Made by a program: the position numbers and the translations under genes
The notes under the pieces: model-generated
The model's database searches: none
The model's input: the letters and a program-made list of their open reading frames with translations, nothing else
Told to the model about the DNA's origin: nothing
Part shown: one piece after another, positions 48,239-56,710 of the stretch
Layout of the letters: each line of letters begins with the position of its first letter
How positions within the stretch are numbered: the first letter of the stretch is position 1
DNA from: a bacterium
GTDB lineage: Bacteria > Patescibacteriota > Microgenomatia > Woykebacterales > RBG-16-39-9b
DNA length: 64,000 nt
Reading direction: 5' to 3'
Assembly: GCA_030704665.1 (NCBI GenBank)
Contig: JAUYID010000009.1
Coordinates: 163-64,162, forward strand

Positions 48239-49345
48239 ATGAAAACCACCATTTTAAAAGAAGATTTGGCAAAAGCGCTCAACTTGGTTTCTCGAATTGT
48301 TTCTCCCAGACCAAGCTTGCCAGTGTTAAATAACGTTTTGCTCTCAGTAACCAAAGAGGGTGTTACTTTATCAGCCACCAACCTAGAAACCTCAATAAAA
48401 GTTAAAGCTCCGGCCAAAACAAGTTTGGAGGGATCAACCACAGTTCCGGCCAAGGTCTTCGGAGAGTTTATCAATAGTCTAAAGGAAGAAAAGCTGGACC
48501 TGGTTTTGGAAAAGGAGAACCTTGAGGTAGTCGGTGAAGCCACCAAAGCACAACTGGCGACAATTAATCCTTTGGAGTTTCCCGCCTTGCCGGAAATAAG
48601 GAAAGAAGAAACCGAAGTGTTGGAAAGCGCCGAGTTGGTTGAGGCAATTAACCAGGTGGTTTTTGCTGCCTCTGTTGATGAAGCCAGACCGATCCTGACT
48701 GGTGTTTTGCTCCGAGAAGAAAAGGGAGGCTTACTTTTTGTTGCCACCGATGGCTATCGGTTAGCAAAAAAGGAAACGAAAATTAAAACTAACTTAAAGG
48801 AGATGGTCGTACCGGCTAAGTCTTTACTAGAAGTTGCCAAGCTCATTACCGAGATGGGTGAGGAGGAAATCAGGTTGGGGCTTTTGGGAGAGAAAAACCA
48901 AGTGGTCTTTGTGGGCAACAACTTCGAGCTCTCTACCCGAGTTTTGGATGGGGCTTTTCCCAACTTCGAGCAAATTGTTCCCAAAAAGCTTATTCTGGAA
49001 ACAAAGCTGGACCGGGAGGGCCTCAGCGAGGCGGTCCGCCAAACAGCGGTTCTAGCCAAGGATTTAGGTAGTGTAGTCCAGATCGAAGCAAAACCGGGTA
49101 AGGAAATAGTCTTGAGCGCCAAGACCGCACAGCTTGGTCAAGCTACTACCAGACTGAGCGGCGAGGTCAGCGGGGAGGCAGTAAGCGTGGCCTTAAACTC
49201 AAGGTTTTTGTTGGAGGGTCTGTCCAACTTTAAAGCAAAGGAGATAAGCTTTGACCTTAGTGGAGCAACTAGCCCGGCGCTGCTTTCCGACAAAAAAGAC
49301 CCAAGCTTTATCTACATTGTCATGCCGGTTCGGGTCCAAGGTTAA
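48239..49345 (+). CDS. dnaN: DNA polymerase III beta sliding clamp
   Basis: 368 aa, position after dnaA, typical three-domain beta-clamp pattern. Confidence 0.9.
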   Translation: MKTTILKEDLAKALNLVSRIVSPRPSLPVLNNVLLSVTKEGVTLSATNLETSIKVKAPAKTSLEGSTTVPAKVFGEFINSLKEEKLDLVLEKENLEVVGEATKAQLATINPLEFPALPEIRKEETEVLESAELVEAINQVVFAASVDEARPILTGVLLREEKGGLLFVATDGYRLAKKETKIKTNLKEMVVPAKSLLEVAKLITEMGEEEIRLGLLGEKNQVVFVGNNFELSTRVLDGAFPNFEQIVPKKLILETKLDREGLSEAVRQTAVLAKDLGSVVQIEAKPGKEIVLSAKTAQLGQATTRLSGEVSGEAVSVALNSRFLLEGLSNFKAKEISFDLSGATSPALLSDKKDPSFIYIVMPVRVQG

Positions 49346-50439
49346 TGTTGGCCAGTCTTGAAATAACCAACTTCCGTAATCTCAAAAACTCTAAACTGGA
49401 GTTTGCCAAAACCTTAAACATTTTTTATGGGGACAACGCTCAGGGAAAAACCAATCTCCTCGAGGCGATTTTCCTAATTAGCACGGGTAAGTCCTTCAAA
49501 TCCGAAGTTGATCGGGAACTGATCGCCTGGGGACAAACCTCAGCCCGAGTCGTTGCTCAAGCACCACCTCTAGAGATAGAACTAACGATAAATGAGACAA
49601 ACAAAAGACTGCTCGTCAACCGCCAGAGCCGGCGTCTGATTGAGCTAGTGGGCGAGTTTTTAGTGGTTTTGTTTGCTCCCGAGGATTTAAGTCTGGTCTA
49701 CGGCGCCCCAAGTCAGAGAAGAGCTTGGATCAACAGCCTGATCTCTCGTGTCGATCGCAAGTACCTCTTTAATTTAGGTAAGTTTAACCAGGTAATCAAA
49801 AACCGCAATCGGGTCCTTCTCTCGCTAAACCAAGGAGGCAGCCCGGATCTAGGAGTTTGGGATGAACAGTTTATCAAACTCTCAGTCGATCTTTGGGTCA
49901 GCCGGCAAGAATATCTCGCTAAGGTGAACAGCTTTTTAAAACAAATTGCCCCGAAGCTCGGAGTCAGCAAAATTACCGTTGAGTACCATCCGCAACTTGC
50001 AGTCAAAGACGCAAAATCGTTAAAGGCAGTTTTGACCAAAGAGCTCGAAAAACGAAGAAGAGAGGAGGTAGCCCGCGCGCAGACTGTTTTGGGTCCCCAC
50101 CGCGACGACTTTAAACTCATTTTTGAACAAATTGAGAGCGAGAAGGTTTTGACCAAGGATGTTTCTGTCTTTGGTTCCCGCGGTGAGCAGAGAACCGGAG
50201 TGCTCAGCCTGAAACTAGCAGAAATTGAGCTGATTGAAATGATCAAAGGTAAAAGACCGACGTTACTTTTGGATGACGTTTTAAGTGAATTTGACAAAAA
50301 ACACCGAGAAATGATTCAAGGGTTGCTTTATCGCCAGCAAAGTTTTATTACCACTACCGCGACCGACCTGCTCGATAAAAAACTTTTGAGCAAGGCAAAA
50401 CTCTTTCAGCTTAAAACTGGGCAAGTTGAGGCTGGCTAA
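49345..50439 (+). CDS. recF: DNA replication and repair protein RecF
   Basis: Walker A GDNAQGKTNLLEAI, signature motif and Walker B LLLDDV. Confidence 0.9.
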   Translation: MLASLEITNFRNLKNSKLEFAKTLNIFYGDNAQGKTNLLEAIFLISTGKSFKSEVDRELIAWGQTSARVVAQAPPLEIELTINETNKRLLVNRQSRRLIELVGEFLVVLFAPEDLSLVYGAPSQRRAWINSLISRVDRKYLFNLGKFNQVIKNRNRVLLSLNQGGSPDLGVWDEQFIKLSVDLWVSRQEYLAKVNSFLKQIAPKLGVSKITVEYHPQLAVKDAKSLKAVLTKELEKRRREEVARAQTVLGPHRDDFKLIFEQIESEKVLTKDVSVFGSRGEQRTGVLSLKLAEIELIEMIKGKRPTLLLDDVLSEFDKKHREMIQGLLYRQQSFITTTATDLLDKKLLSKAKLFQLKTGQVEAG

Positions 50440-52508
50440 CGCTCCAGGGGGTGGTAGGGCACCTTTTGTTTGGTGTTGAGGCTGACCTGGGTGGTCGTCT
50501 CTGATTTGAGTTCGACCGGAGCTGGTTTGGCCTCTTCCGGTTTTGGTTCTCGGGCCGGTGGCGCCTCAACTTCCTTTGGAGCCAAGGGTGTTTCTTGCCT
50601 CTCCTCCGCTTTGACTGGGAGCGCTGGTCCCGTTTCTCTAGCCAGTTTGGGGGCGGGGGGTATCTCCCCGCGTTCCAGTTTTTCCAGCAGGGCTGGGTCC
50701 TCTCGTCCCAGACGACGCAGTTTTTCTAGCTCCTTTGGGTTGGAGGTGATCAGAACGTGCTCGTGTTCGGCAGCCTGGACGCGGATAGCGACATGGTTTG
50801 CGCCAGCAAAGAAAAGACCCTCCCCGATATCAGCGCTGAGAAGCAGATTCTTCTCCCCCTCGGAAAGGTAGAAAACGGCCGAGACTTCGTTTATCGAAGC
50901 CGGTGACTGTTTGAGAAGAATTTGGATTGAGGAGTTGGTTACGATCGCCTTACCGTAATCAGTGTTGAGGAAATCTTCCACGTCTTGGGTGATGGTTGTC
51001 AAACCAAGGAAATACTTACGGGCTCTTTTAGCAATCGAGTACATGAAAGAAGCAGAATCAGGATGTTTCATCAGGTACCAAGCTTCATCAACGACGAGAA
51101 TTCTGCGCTTGCGGTCCTTTTTGATCCGAGTCCAAATGTAGTCAAGAATGATAAACATGGCAATCGGCCGCAGTTCGTCCTCCAGATCCCGTATCGAGAA
51201 GACCGTGAAAGTGTTTTTAATATCAACTGTGCTTTGTTGATCAAAAATTCCAGAAAGAGAACCTTTGATGAATTTTTCGAGCCTTTCCGCCATGGATTTG
51301 GCTTCGGGTTCGGCCATGTTTTGCAGAACCGAGTAAAGGTCTTCCATGACCGGAGATTCACTTGTTTGGGTGGTTGGATCTGGAGTGATTCCTTTCTGTT
51401 TGTAAGTAAGAATCAAGGCCCGGTCAAGGACAGCGTCTTCGGTTGAAGTGAGTTTCCCCAGAATGACCCGAAAAAGGGAATGCAGGGAAAGAATCTTAAG
51501 CCCTAGTTCGTTTTCGCCTTCCTCGTAAACTCCGGAGAGGTCGAAGGGGTTAATTTTAGCCTCAGTTTCTGTAGCAAACTTGATGTACTCCCCACCAATG
51601 GCTTTACAGAGCTCGCCATACTCTTCTTCTGGGTCGATAACGATGACTTCAGTGCCAAACATTAAACTGCGCAGAGTTTCCAGCTTGACCATGTAGCTTT
51701 TCCCCGCCCCAGACTTGGCAAAAACGACGCTATTAGCGTTTTCCAAAGTGAAACGATCAAAAATAATTAAAGAGCCGTTGTGCTCATTGATACCGTACAT
51801 GATTCCTTCGTTGGCAGTTAGCTCTGAAGAAGTAAAGGGAAAGGTTGTTGCCAAGCTCGTGGTGTCCATGTTGCGGGTAACAAAAAGCTTGTCACTAAAA
51901 GTGGGTAAGGTAGCCCGAAAGCCATCTTCTTGTTGAAGAGTAGCGTGTTTGGTGACCACCAGCAAAGAGCCTAGGGTCGACTCGACCTGCTTGGTGATGG
52001 AGTTGAGCTCCTCCAGAGATTCAGCTGGGATGGTGATATAAAAAGACATTTGAAAAAAGCGTTCAATACCCGCCGCTAGTTGCTCCTGCAGAGATTGGGC
52101 GTCTTCCAAGGCAACACGAACAGCCGGATCAACCACCCGACCAGCTTCCAGGTCACTTTGAACAGTTGCCTCCATCTCGGCAATTTTGTGGCGCAGGTCG
52201 TCAAGGATCCCCTTTGATTCTACGGGGTAGCAGTAAAAACAAAGGTCCAGGGTGTGGTCAAAGTTAATAATTGGGGCAAGCCAATTAGCCCCGACAAAAC
52301 GAGGGTAGCCGGAAACAAAGAGAGTTCGAAAGTAAAGATCCCCTAGTTTAAGGTTGTCAAAATCAACTTCAAGCGCCGGTGGAGCGATAATATCTTTAAC
52401 ATCGACCATCCCCGCTCCCAAAGTCTTAGAAATTTTGTTCCTCGTTTTCGCAAGCTCTATTTCCTGAGGAGAAGGAGTTTTTTTCTTCGGGAGGAGAGAA
52501 AATTTCAT
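50436..52508 (-). CDS. virB4: VirB4/TrbE/CagE-type type IV secretion ATPase (ATPase portion)
   Basis: Walker A FAKSGAGKS, Walker B ILVVDEAW, overall VirB4 C-terminal organisation. Confidence 0.75.
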   Translation of the reverse strand: MKFSLLPKKKTPSPQEIELAKTRNKISKTLGAGMVDVKDIIAPPALEVDFDNLKLGDLYFRTLFVSGYPRFVGANWLAPIINFDHTLDLCFYCYPVESKGILDDLRHKIAEMEATVQSDLEAGRVVDPAVRVALEDAQSLQEQLAAGIERFFQMSFYITIPAESLEELNSITKQVESTLGSLLVVTKHATLQQEDGFRATLPTFSDKLFVTRNMDTTSLATTFPFTSSELTANEGIMYGINEHNGSLIIFDRFTLENANSVVFAKSGAGKSYMVKLETLRSLMFGTEVIVIDPEEEYGELCKAIGGEYIKFATETEAKINPFDLSGVYEEGENELGLKILSLHSLFRVILGKLTSTEDAVLDRALILTYKQKGITPDPTTQTSESPVMEDLYSVLQNMAEPEAKSMAERLEKFIKGSLSGIFDQQSTVDIKNTFTVFSIRDLEDELRPIAMFIILDYIWTRIKKDRKRRILVVDEAWYLMKHPDSASFMYSIAKRARKYFLGLTTITQDVEDFLNTDYGKAIVTNSSIQILLKQSPASINEVSAVFYLSEGEKNLLLSADIGEGLFFAGANHVAIRVQAAEHEHVLITSNPKELEKLRRLGREDPALLEKLERGEIPPAPKLARETGPALPVKAEERQETPLAPKEVEAPPAREPKPEEAKPAPVELKSETTTQVSLNTKQKVPYHPLER

Positions 52509-53236
52509 TGCTGCTCCCCCCCTTTTGCTTGGTTGATGACCGGTTCGAGAGCGGGTTGAACAATGGGGGTGGTGTATTCTTGGGTTGAAAGAGCTGCTTT
52601 TTGTTCTCGAGCCACTTCTGGGTTGTAAAGATCGTAGAAAAGCTCGACCAGCTCTTCCGTCGCGAGCTGTTTGCCTTTGATCCCAATACGGTTGAGTTGT
52701 TTGACGAGATGAGCGATTTTTGGGGCTAAGTTTATCTTAGCTTTTTCGAGAGTACTCCACTTGTTCCCCACCACAGTTTTTTTTGGGAAAAGAGCTGGTG
52801 GTTTGATTTGCGATAAATCTCCTGAGAAATAGGGGACTACTACATAAAAACGCTTGTCGAGAACTTGATTGCGAGAAACCAGATCGCGGACAAACCGAGA
52901 GTAAAGGTCAATCTGTCCCGCCAAACGCTCATTTTTGGTTTCTGCTTTGGCTCCATCCAAGAGTTTGAGGTAGTTGGAAATATCCATCCTTTTGGACCGC
53001 ACAATGATCTGAATTGGAAAGGTCAGTGAGTTCAAAAGAGCTGCATAAGCAAAGATCATTGCGTCTTGCTCGGATTCGCTTAAAAGGTCAAAATTGACCG
53101 CGTTGGTCTGAAGGATAGCCGCTGCTCCTCCGTTTTTCAAAATGATCAGATCATCGCGAATGTCTTCGACATCGAGGTGTTCTTGAGTTGTCGGAAGTCT
53201 TTTTGCTTTGGACATTTTAAATTGCCTTGATTTCAA
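52505..53236 (-). CDS. VirB4 N-terminal-domain-like protein (possible split VirB4 or separate T4SS component)
   Basis: ATGA start/stop overlap with the downstream ATPase ORF. Combined length about 930 aa, matching full-length VirB4. Confidence 0.4.
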   Translation of the reverse strand: MKSRQFKMSKAKRLPTTQEHLDVEDIRDDLIILKNGGAAAILQTNAVNFDLLSESEQDAMIFAYAALLNSLTFPIQIIVRSKRMDISNYLKLLDGAKAETKNERLAGQIDLYSRFVRDLVSRNQVLDKRFYVVVPYFSGDLSQIKPPALFPKKTVVGNKWSTLEKAKINLAPKIAHLVKQLNRIGIKGKQLATEELVELFYDLYNPEVAREQKAALSTQEYTTPIVQPALEPVINQAKGGEQQ

Positions 53237-55334
53237 TTGGCTTCATGATTTCCCCGCCTAATTGAACTTGGGTAATGTCGAATTCCAAACTATCTTTTTC
53301 AAGCTCAATATTGTAAGTCCCGTTGGGTAGAGGAGTGGAGATCACAAATTGACCAATTTTGTTGGATTTTAGAGCCCGAACCGGCTCCCCCTTCTCATCT
53401 TTGATAATCATGACTGCTCCAGAAACGAGTAAACCCCCCTTGTCGCGAACAATCCCATTGACGACATTGGGGAAGGAAACTTTGGGCGGAATCATTTTTC
53501 CAAAAGCCGGCTGGGCAGCTACAACATTCCTCCCCCGCGCTTTCTTGGCCCTTTCCTTCTCGGCGAGAGCCTTTACTTCCTCTGCAATTTTGGCTTTCTG
53601 AACTACCAATTCTTTTTGTCTTTCGGTCGCCGCTTCCCCTTCGTTTCTGGCCTTTAGCTCACTTTCCCGAATTTTTTTGTCGATCTGCTCGTTGAGAAGG
53701 TGAACTTCGGCCGCAATTCTCTGTTTTTCACCTTGATATTGAAGCCCCTCGTATTGAACCATGATATCTGCTTGGTGCTCCAAATTTTTTAAAGTATCAG
53801 ACAACTTGTCCCGCTCCCCTTCGGAGAGCTGCTCTCGGCCCAGTTTGGCAAGTTTGCCTTCTGCCACAATGGTATCTTTTTGAATTTCTTGGCGATCGGC
53901 GCGGTGGGCCAAAACTTTCGGATCGACCGGAGTTTTAACGGGTTCGGCAATTTGGGCCGCCTGTTTTTCTGAAATTATTACCGGGTTGTTGATGACAAGA
54001 GGTGGCTGGGTGGGGCCCATTTTACTCATATCGAGGTTCTTGGATGTTTCTTCCAGGTTGCCCGGGAGTTTGATTACTTCTTGACCAGTCTTTTCTTCAG
54101 AAGCCTCGAGTTTAACTTCTTTTGGCTCGGTTTGTTTTTCTTCAACCACTTTAGGAGGGCTTGGAGGTACTAGTTGCGGGTTTTCCCCGCTTGGTTTTTC
54201 GACAGCCTCAGTTTCTAGGGCCGTTTTGGTAGGTTGTGGGCTTTCGGGGGCTTTAACGGCGGGTTCTTTGACCGCCTCAACACTTGTACTAGCTAGCGCG
54301 CTTACTGGGTTCTGTTCAGCTACTTCGGGAAGTAATTCTTTTTGAGCCGGGATATTTATTGGGGTATAAGAAGCCTTGGTCAGCTCAGAGGGTTTTTTTG
54401 AAAGCTCAATCAGTTTCTCGGCCAAAGGCGGTAGTTTGGCTAGGGACTCAAGTGGCGAGCCCTTGGTTTCGGTCGAGGGCCCGAGCGGACGCACTTCAGA
54501 GACCACAACCTCCTTGGGCTCAAATTTAATTTTTTGACTTGGAGGGGTCGGCTCTGCCTTGAGAGTTGGCGGCAGGCTAATTTGTTTGTTAGGTTGGGGC
54601 AACTCGCGCCCTTCTTCTTTGGGGGGTGCTGCTGGGAGAGGGTTTGGTGTCTTGGTTTCGGGTTGAGCGGAAGCGCCCAGCCCCGCAGTTGGGTTTTTGG
54701 TCTCCTCGAGCCGTGGTTCAGGCGTTTTTGTTGCCGGCAAGCTACCAACAACTGGCTTGGGAGCTGGCTGGTTGACGGCGACGGTCTTGGCGGAAACAGG
54801 AAGAGCCTGAGAAGCTGCTTGAGCCACGGCCTGTTTTTGGTTTCGTTGACTCAAAAGACTGCGGGCAGCCTGGGTAGTTTTGGTTAGCTCGGAAAGCAGT
54901 TTGCTGCGGTCAGCCAAAGGGGAAATCTGACTTTTGAAGCTTGGGGCCGGGACGCCCAAGTAGATAGGAGCTGTTTGCGGCTCGAGTAGGGGCCTGGCAG
55001 CGGCCTGAACTTGGGAACCAATTCCAGCCTGCAAGCTCTCCGGAAACTCAAAGACACGCTCACCGCGAACGGGCAAAATTGCTTGGCCATTAAGAGCAAC
55101 AGGACGAAGGTAACGAGGTTGGCTATTGTTGACACCTCTGACATAGACTAGCTTCCGACCCATCTTGACGGTGGCGACGGGGTTGAAGCCAACTTCGGAG
55201 GCAATTTTTGGTTTATCCTCTTTAGTCTCACTGATAGTCCGCGCCTTTTCGGTCGGTGAAAAACGATGCAGGGTGGGGATGTGAACAAAGGTACGCAGCT
55301 TTGCCGCAGCTTTGGTCAGAACCTCATTGCTCAT
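53217..55334 (-). CDS. Pro/Thr/Lys-rich T4SS-associated protein with coiled coil and a C-terminal carboxypeptidase-regulatory-like beta domain
   Basis: Long low-complexity P/T/K-rich spacer, coiled-coil KERAKKARG region, and C-terminal VISTPLPNGTYNIELEKD beta-sandwich-like end. Confidence 0.4.
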   Translation of the reverse strand: MSNEVLTKAAAKLRTFVHIPTLHRFSPTEKARTISETKEDKPKIASEVGFNPVATVKMGRKLVYVRGVNNSQPRYLRPVALNGQAILPVRGERVFEFPESLQAGIGSQVQAAARPLLEPQTAPIYLGVPAPSFKSQISPLADRSKLLSELTKTTQAARSLLSQRNQKQAVAQAASQALPVSAKTVAVNQPAPKPVVGSLPATKTPEPRLEETKNPTAGLGASAQPETKTPNPLPAAPPKEEGRELPQPNKQISLPPTLKAEPTPPSQKIKFEPKEVVVSEVRPLGPSTETKGSPLESLAKLPPLAEKLIELSKKPSELTKASYTPINIPAQKELLPEVAEQNPVSALASTSVEAVKEPAVKAPESPQPTKTALETEAVEKPSGENPQLVPPSPPKVVEEKQTEPKEVKLEASEEKTGQEVIKLPGNLEETSKNLDMSKMGPTQPPLVINNPVIISEKQAAQIAEPVKTPVDPKVLAHRADRQEIQKDTIVAEGKLAKLGREQLSEGERDKLSDTLKNLEHQADIMVQYEGLQYQGEKQRIAAEVHLLNEQIDKKIRESELKARNEGEAATERQKELVVQKAKIAEEVKALAEKERAKKARGRNVVAAQPAFGKMIPPKVSFPNVVNGIVRDKGGLLVSGAVMIIKDEKGEPVRALKSNKIGQFVISTPLPNGTYNIELEKDSLEFDITQVQLGGEIMKPIEIKAI

Positions 55335-55939
55335 TTAGAAGCCTCCAAATCATCTGCGCCAAGAGGGGGTAAAACTTGTCCTGGTGGGGAAGATTTAATT
55401 TCTGAGGTCATCTGGGCGACTTGTTGGCTGAGCTGCCCTAGTCTTTTTTCCTCTTCCACATCAAGAGCCGATTTGGCTCCGAGGTGGTGGTGAGAAACCA
55501 AATACTGGTTAAGTTTGGCCCTGTCGGAGTGGGCAATTGGCTTTGGTCCTTGCTGATGTTGGAGATAGATGGAAAACTCAGGAGCTAAGAAGCCGAGCTC
55601 AACTGGCTCTTTGCGCCAAACTCGCTGGGTTGGAGTATAGACGGAGCGGACAAAAGCAACAAGCCAACGATCGAAAGGAATGTCGTTTATCGGCAAAAAA
55701 GCAAGCGCCAAGCCCAGAGGACCGATTAGAAAGATGAGTAAAAAGCGAACTATTATATACAGAGGTATGAGATAAATAACAAAGCAGAGAATACCCGCAG
55801 CCGCCAAATAACCAAACTGACGAATGGTCAGAAAACCAACTAATTTAAATTCAAACCCAGTTATGTTCTGCGGGACAGGATGAGACTGCATACTTTTTTG
55901 TTTAAAACTCGGGAAGCGAGTTTTTCCTTGCTTTGTCAC
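55331..55939 (-). CDS. VirB3/PrgI-like small membrane T4SS protein
   Basis: Two adjacent TM helices (FGYLAAAGILCFVIYLIPLYIIVRFLLIFLIGPLGLALAF). Immediately upstream of the other T4SS genes. Confidence 0.4.
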   Translation of the reverse strand: MTKQGKTRFPSFKQKSMQSHPVPQNITGFEFKLVGFLTIRQFGYLAAAGILCFVIYLIPLYIIVRFLLIFLIGPLGLALAFLPINDIPFDRWLVAFVRSVYTPTQRVWRKEPVELGFLAPEFSIYLQHQQGPKPIAHSDRAKLNQYLVSHHHLGAKSALDVEEEKRLGQLSQQVAQMTSEIKSSPPGQVLPPLGADDLEASK

Positions 55940-56168
55940 TTCTTTCGGCGAAAAAATCTCGATAAATCAGGCCAAAAGAGACATTAAGTAAGTTAATTGC
56001 TTCTCTCTTCTTTTGATCGCAAGCATAATTATGCTGTTCTTTAGCCTCAAAAGCAAGTGCTTCAAAGTAGTTCTAACTAGCTATAAAGATAACCCTGATT
56101 CGGGCCTTTTCCGCAGCAAAATTAGCGAAGAAAGTCTTTAGGCCTTCGAGGTCCCAAGCTCGAAGAGC

Positions 56169-56202
56169 GCAAGCTTTTCTTGATTTAGCTCTCAAGAAAA
56201 GC
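56169..56202. promoter_or_regulatory. Perfect 13-bp palindrome (AAGCTTTTCTTGA-N8-TCAAGAAAAGCTT) abutting the -35 of a consensus promoter: candidate operator
   Basis: Read directly from the sequence; ends 6 nt before the -35 TTGACT. Confidence 0.45.
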
Positions 56203-56208
56203 TTATAG

Positions 56209-56237
56209 TCTTGACTTTTAGCTTCAGTCGAGTTATA
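56209..56237 (+). promoter_or_regulatory. Near-perfect sigma70 promoter TTGACT-N17-TATAAT
   Basis: TTGACT-tttagcttcagtcgagt-TATAAT on the plus strand. Confidence 0.6.
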
Positions 56238-56243
56238 ATAGCT

Positions 56244-56418
56244 CAAACTAAAAACCGGCTAAGGTAGACCCCGGAAAAATAGTCTGACAGAAATGAAAAA
56301 GACATTTAAGCTTCAGAAACAGAAAGCTAGAGCCAATCCCCAGCAATGGGGTCTTTCGGCATAAGGCTGAAAGAACGGGCTCTGGCAATCAGCAATGATC
56401 ACCAGAGCCCGTTTTTTG
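56244..56418 (+). ncRNA. About 170-nt promoter-to-terminator unit (small RNA, or a 34-aa Lys-rich peptide MKKTFKLQKQKARANPSNGVFRHKAERTGSGNQQ)
   Basis: Consensus promoter upstream. Intrinsic terminator GGGCTCTGG-15nt-CCAGAGCCC plus TTTTTT at 56375-56418. Internal hairpin CCCCAgcaaTGGGG. The ORF lacks a convincing SD and runs into the terminator stem. Confidence 0.4.
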
Positions 56419-56710
56419 TTGAGTAGCCCTTTTACAATTAAAGAGTTAGAAAATTGTTCACCTCAAAGTGCGCGAGAGCCTTGGGGGAAAGATGGAAGCT
56501 GAGCTTAGAAAATGGCCTCTAGTAGCGAAAAAAGAGCTAAACTAGTTGTAATAGGCAGCCTAGAGCTTGCTTTTATCTTCCCCCCAATGCGCTGTTGCTT
56601 TTATGCACTCGCTTGGGGATCAACTTCACTTACACGTCTGGCTTTCAGGCTAGTACGTTTTGATCCACAACAACGAGTTGCATAGCAACAAGAGCAGCAC
56701 TGGGAGGTGC

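Noticed and set aside
48229-49122. Minus-strand Ser/Thr-rich ORFs antisense to dnaN
   Set aside because: Low-complexity antisense artefacts within a well-supported gene.
54440-55144. ORFs 54440..54751 (-), 54534..54887 (+), 54884..55144 (-) inside the Pro-rich T4SS gene
   Set aside because: Alternative-frame artefacts of a low-complexity proline/lysine-rich coding region.
56294-56398. 34-aa peptide ORF inside the short promoter-terminator unit, as a definite protein gene
   Set aside because: No convincing Shine-Dalgarno, and its stop codon lies within the terminator stem. It is kept only as an alternative to the sRNA reading.
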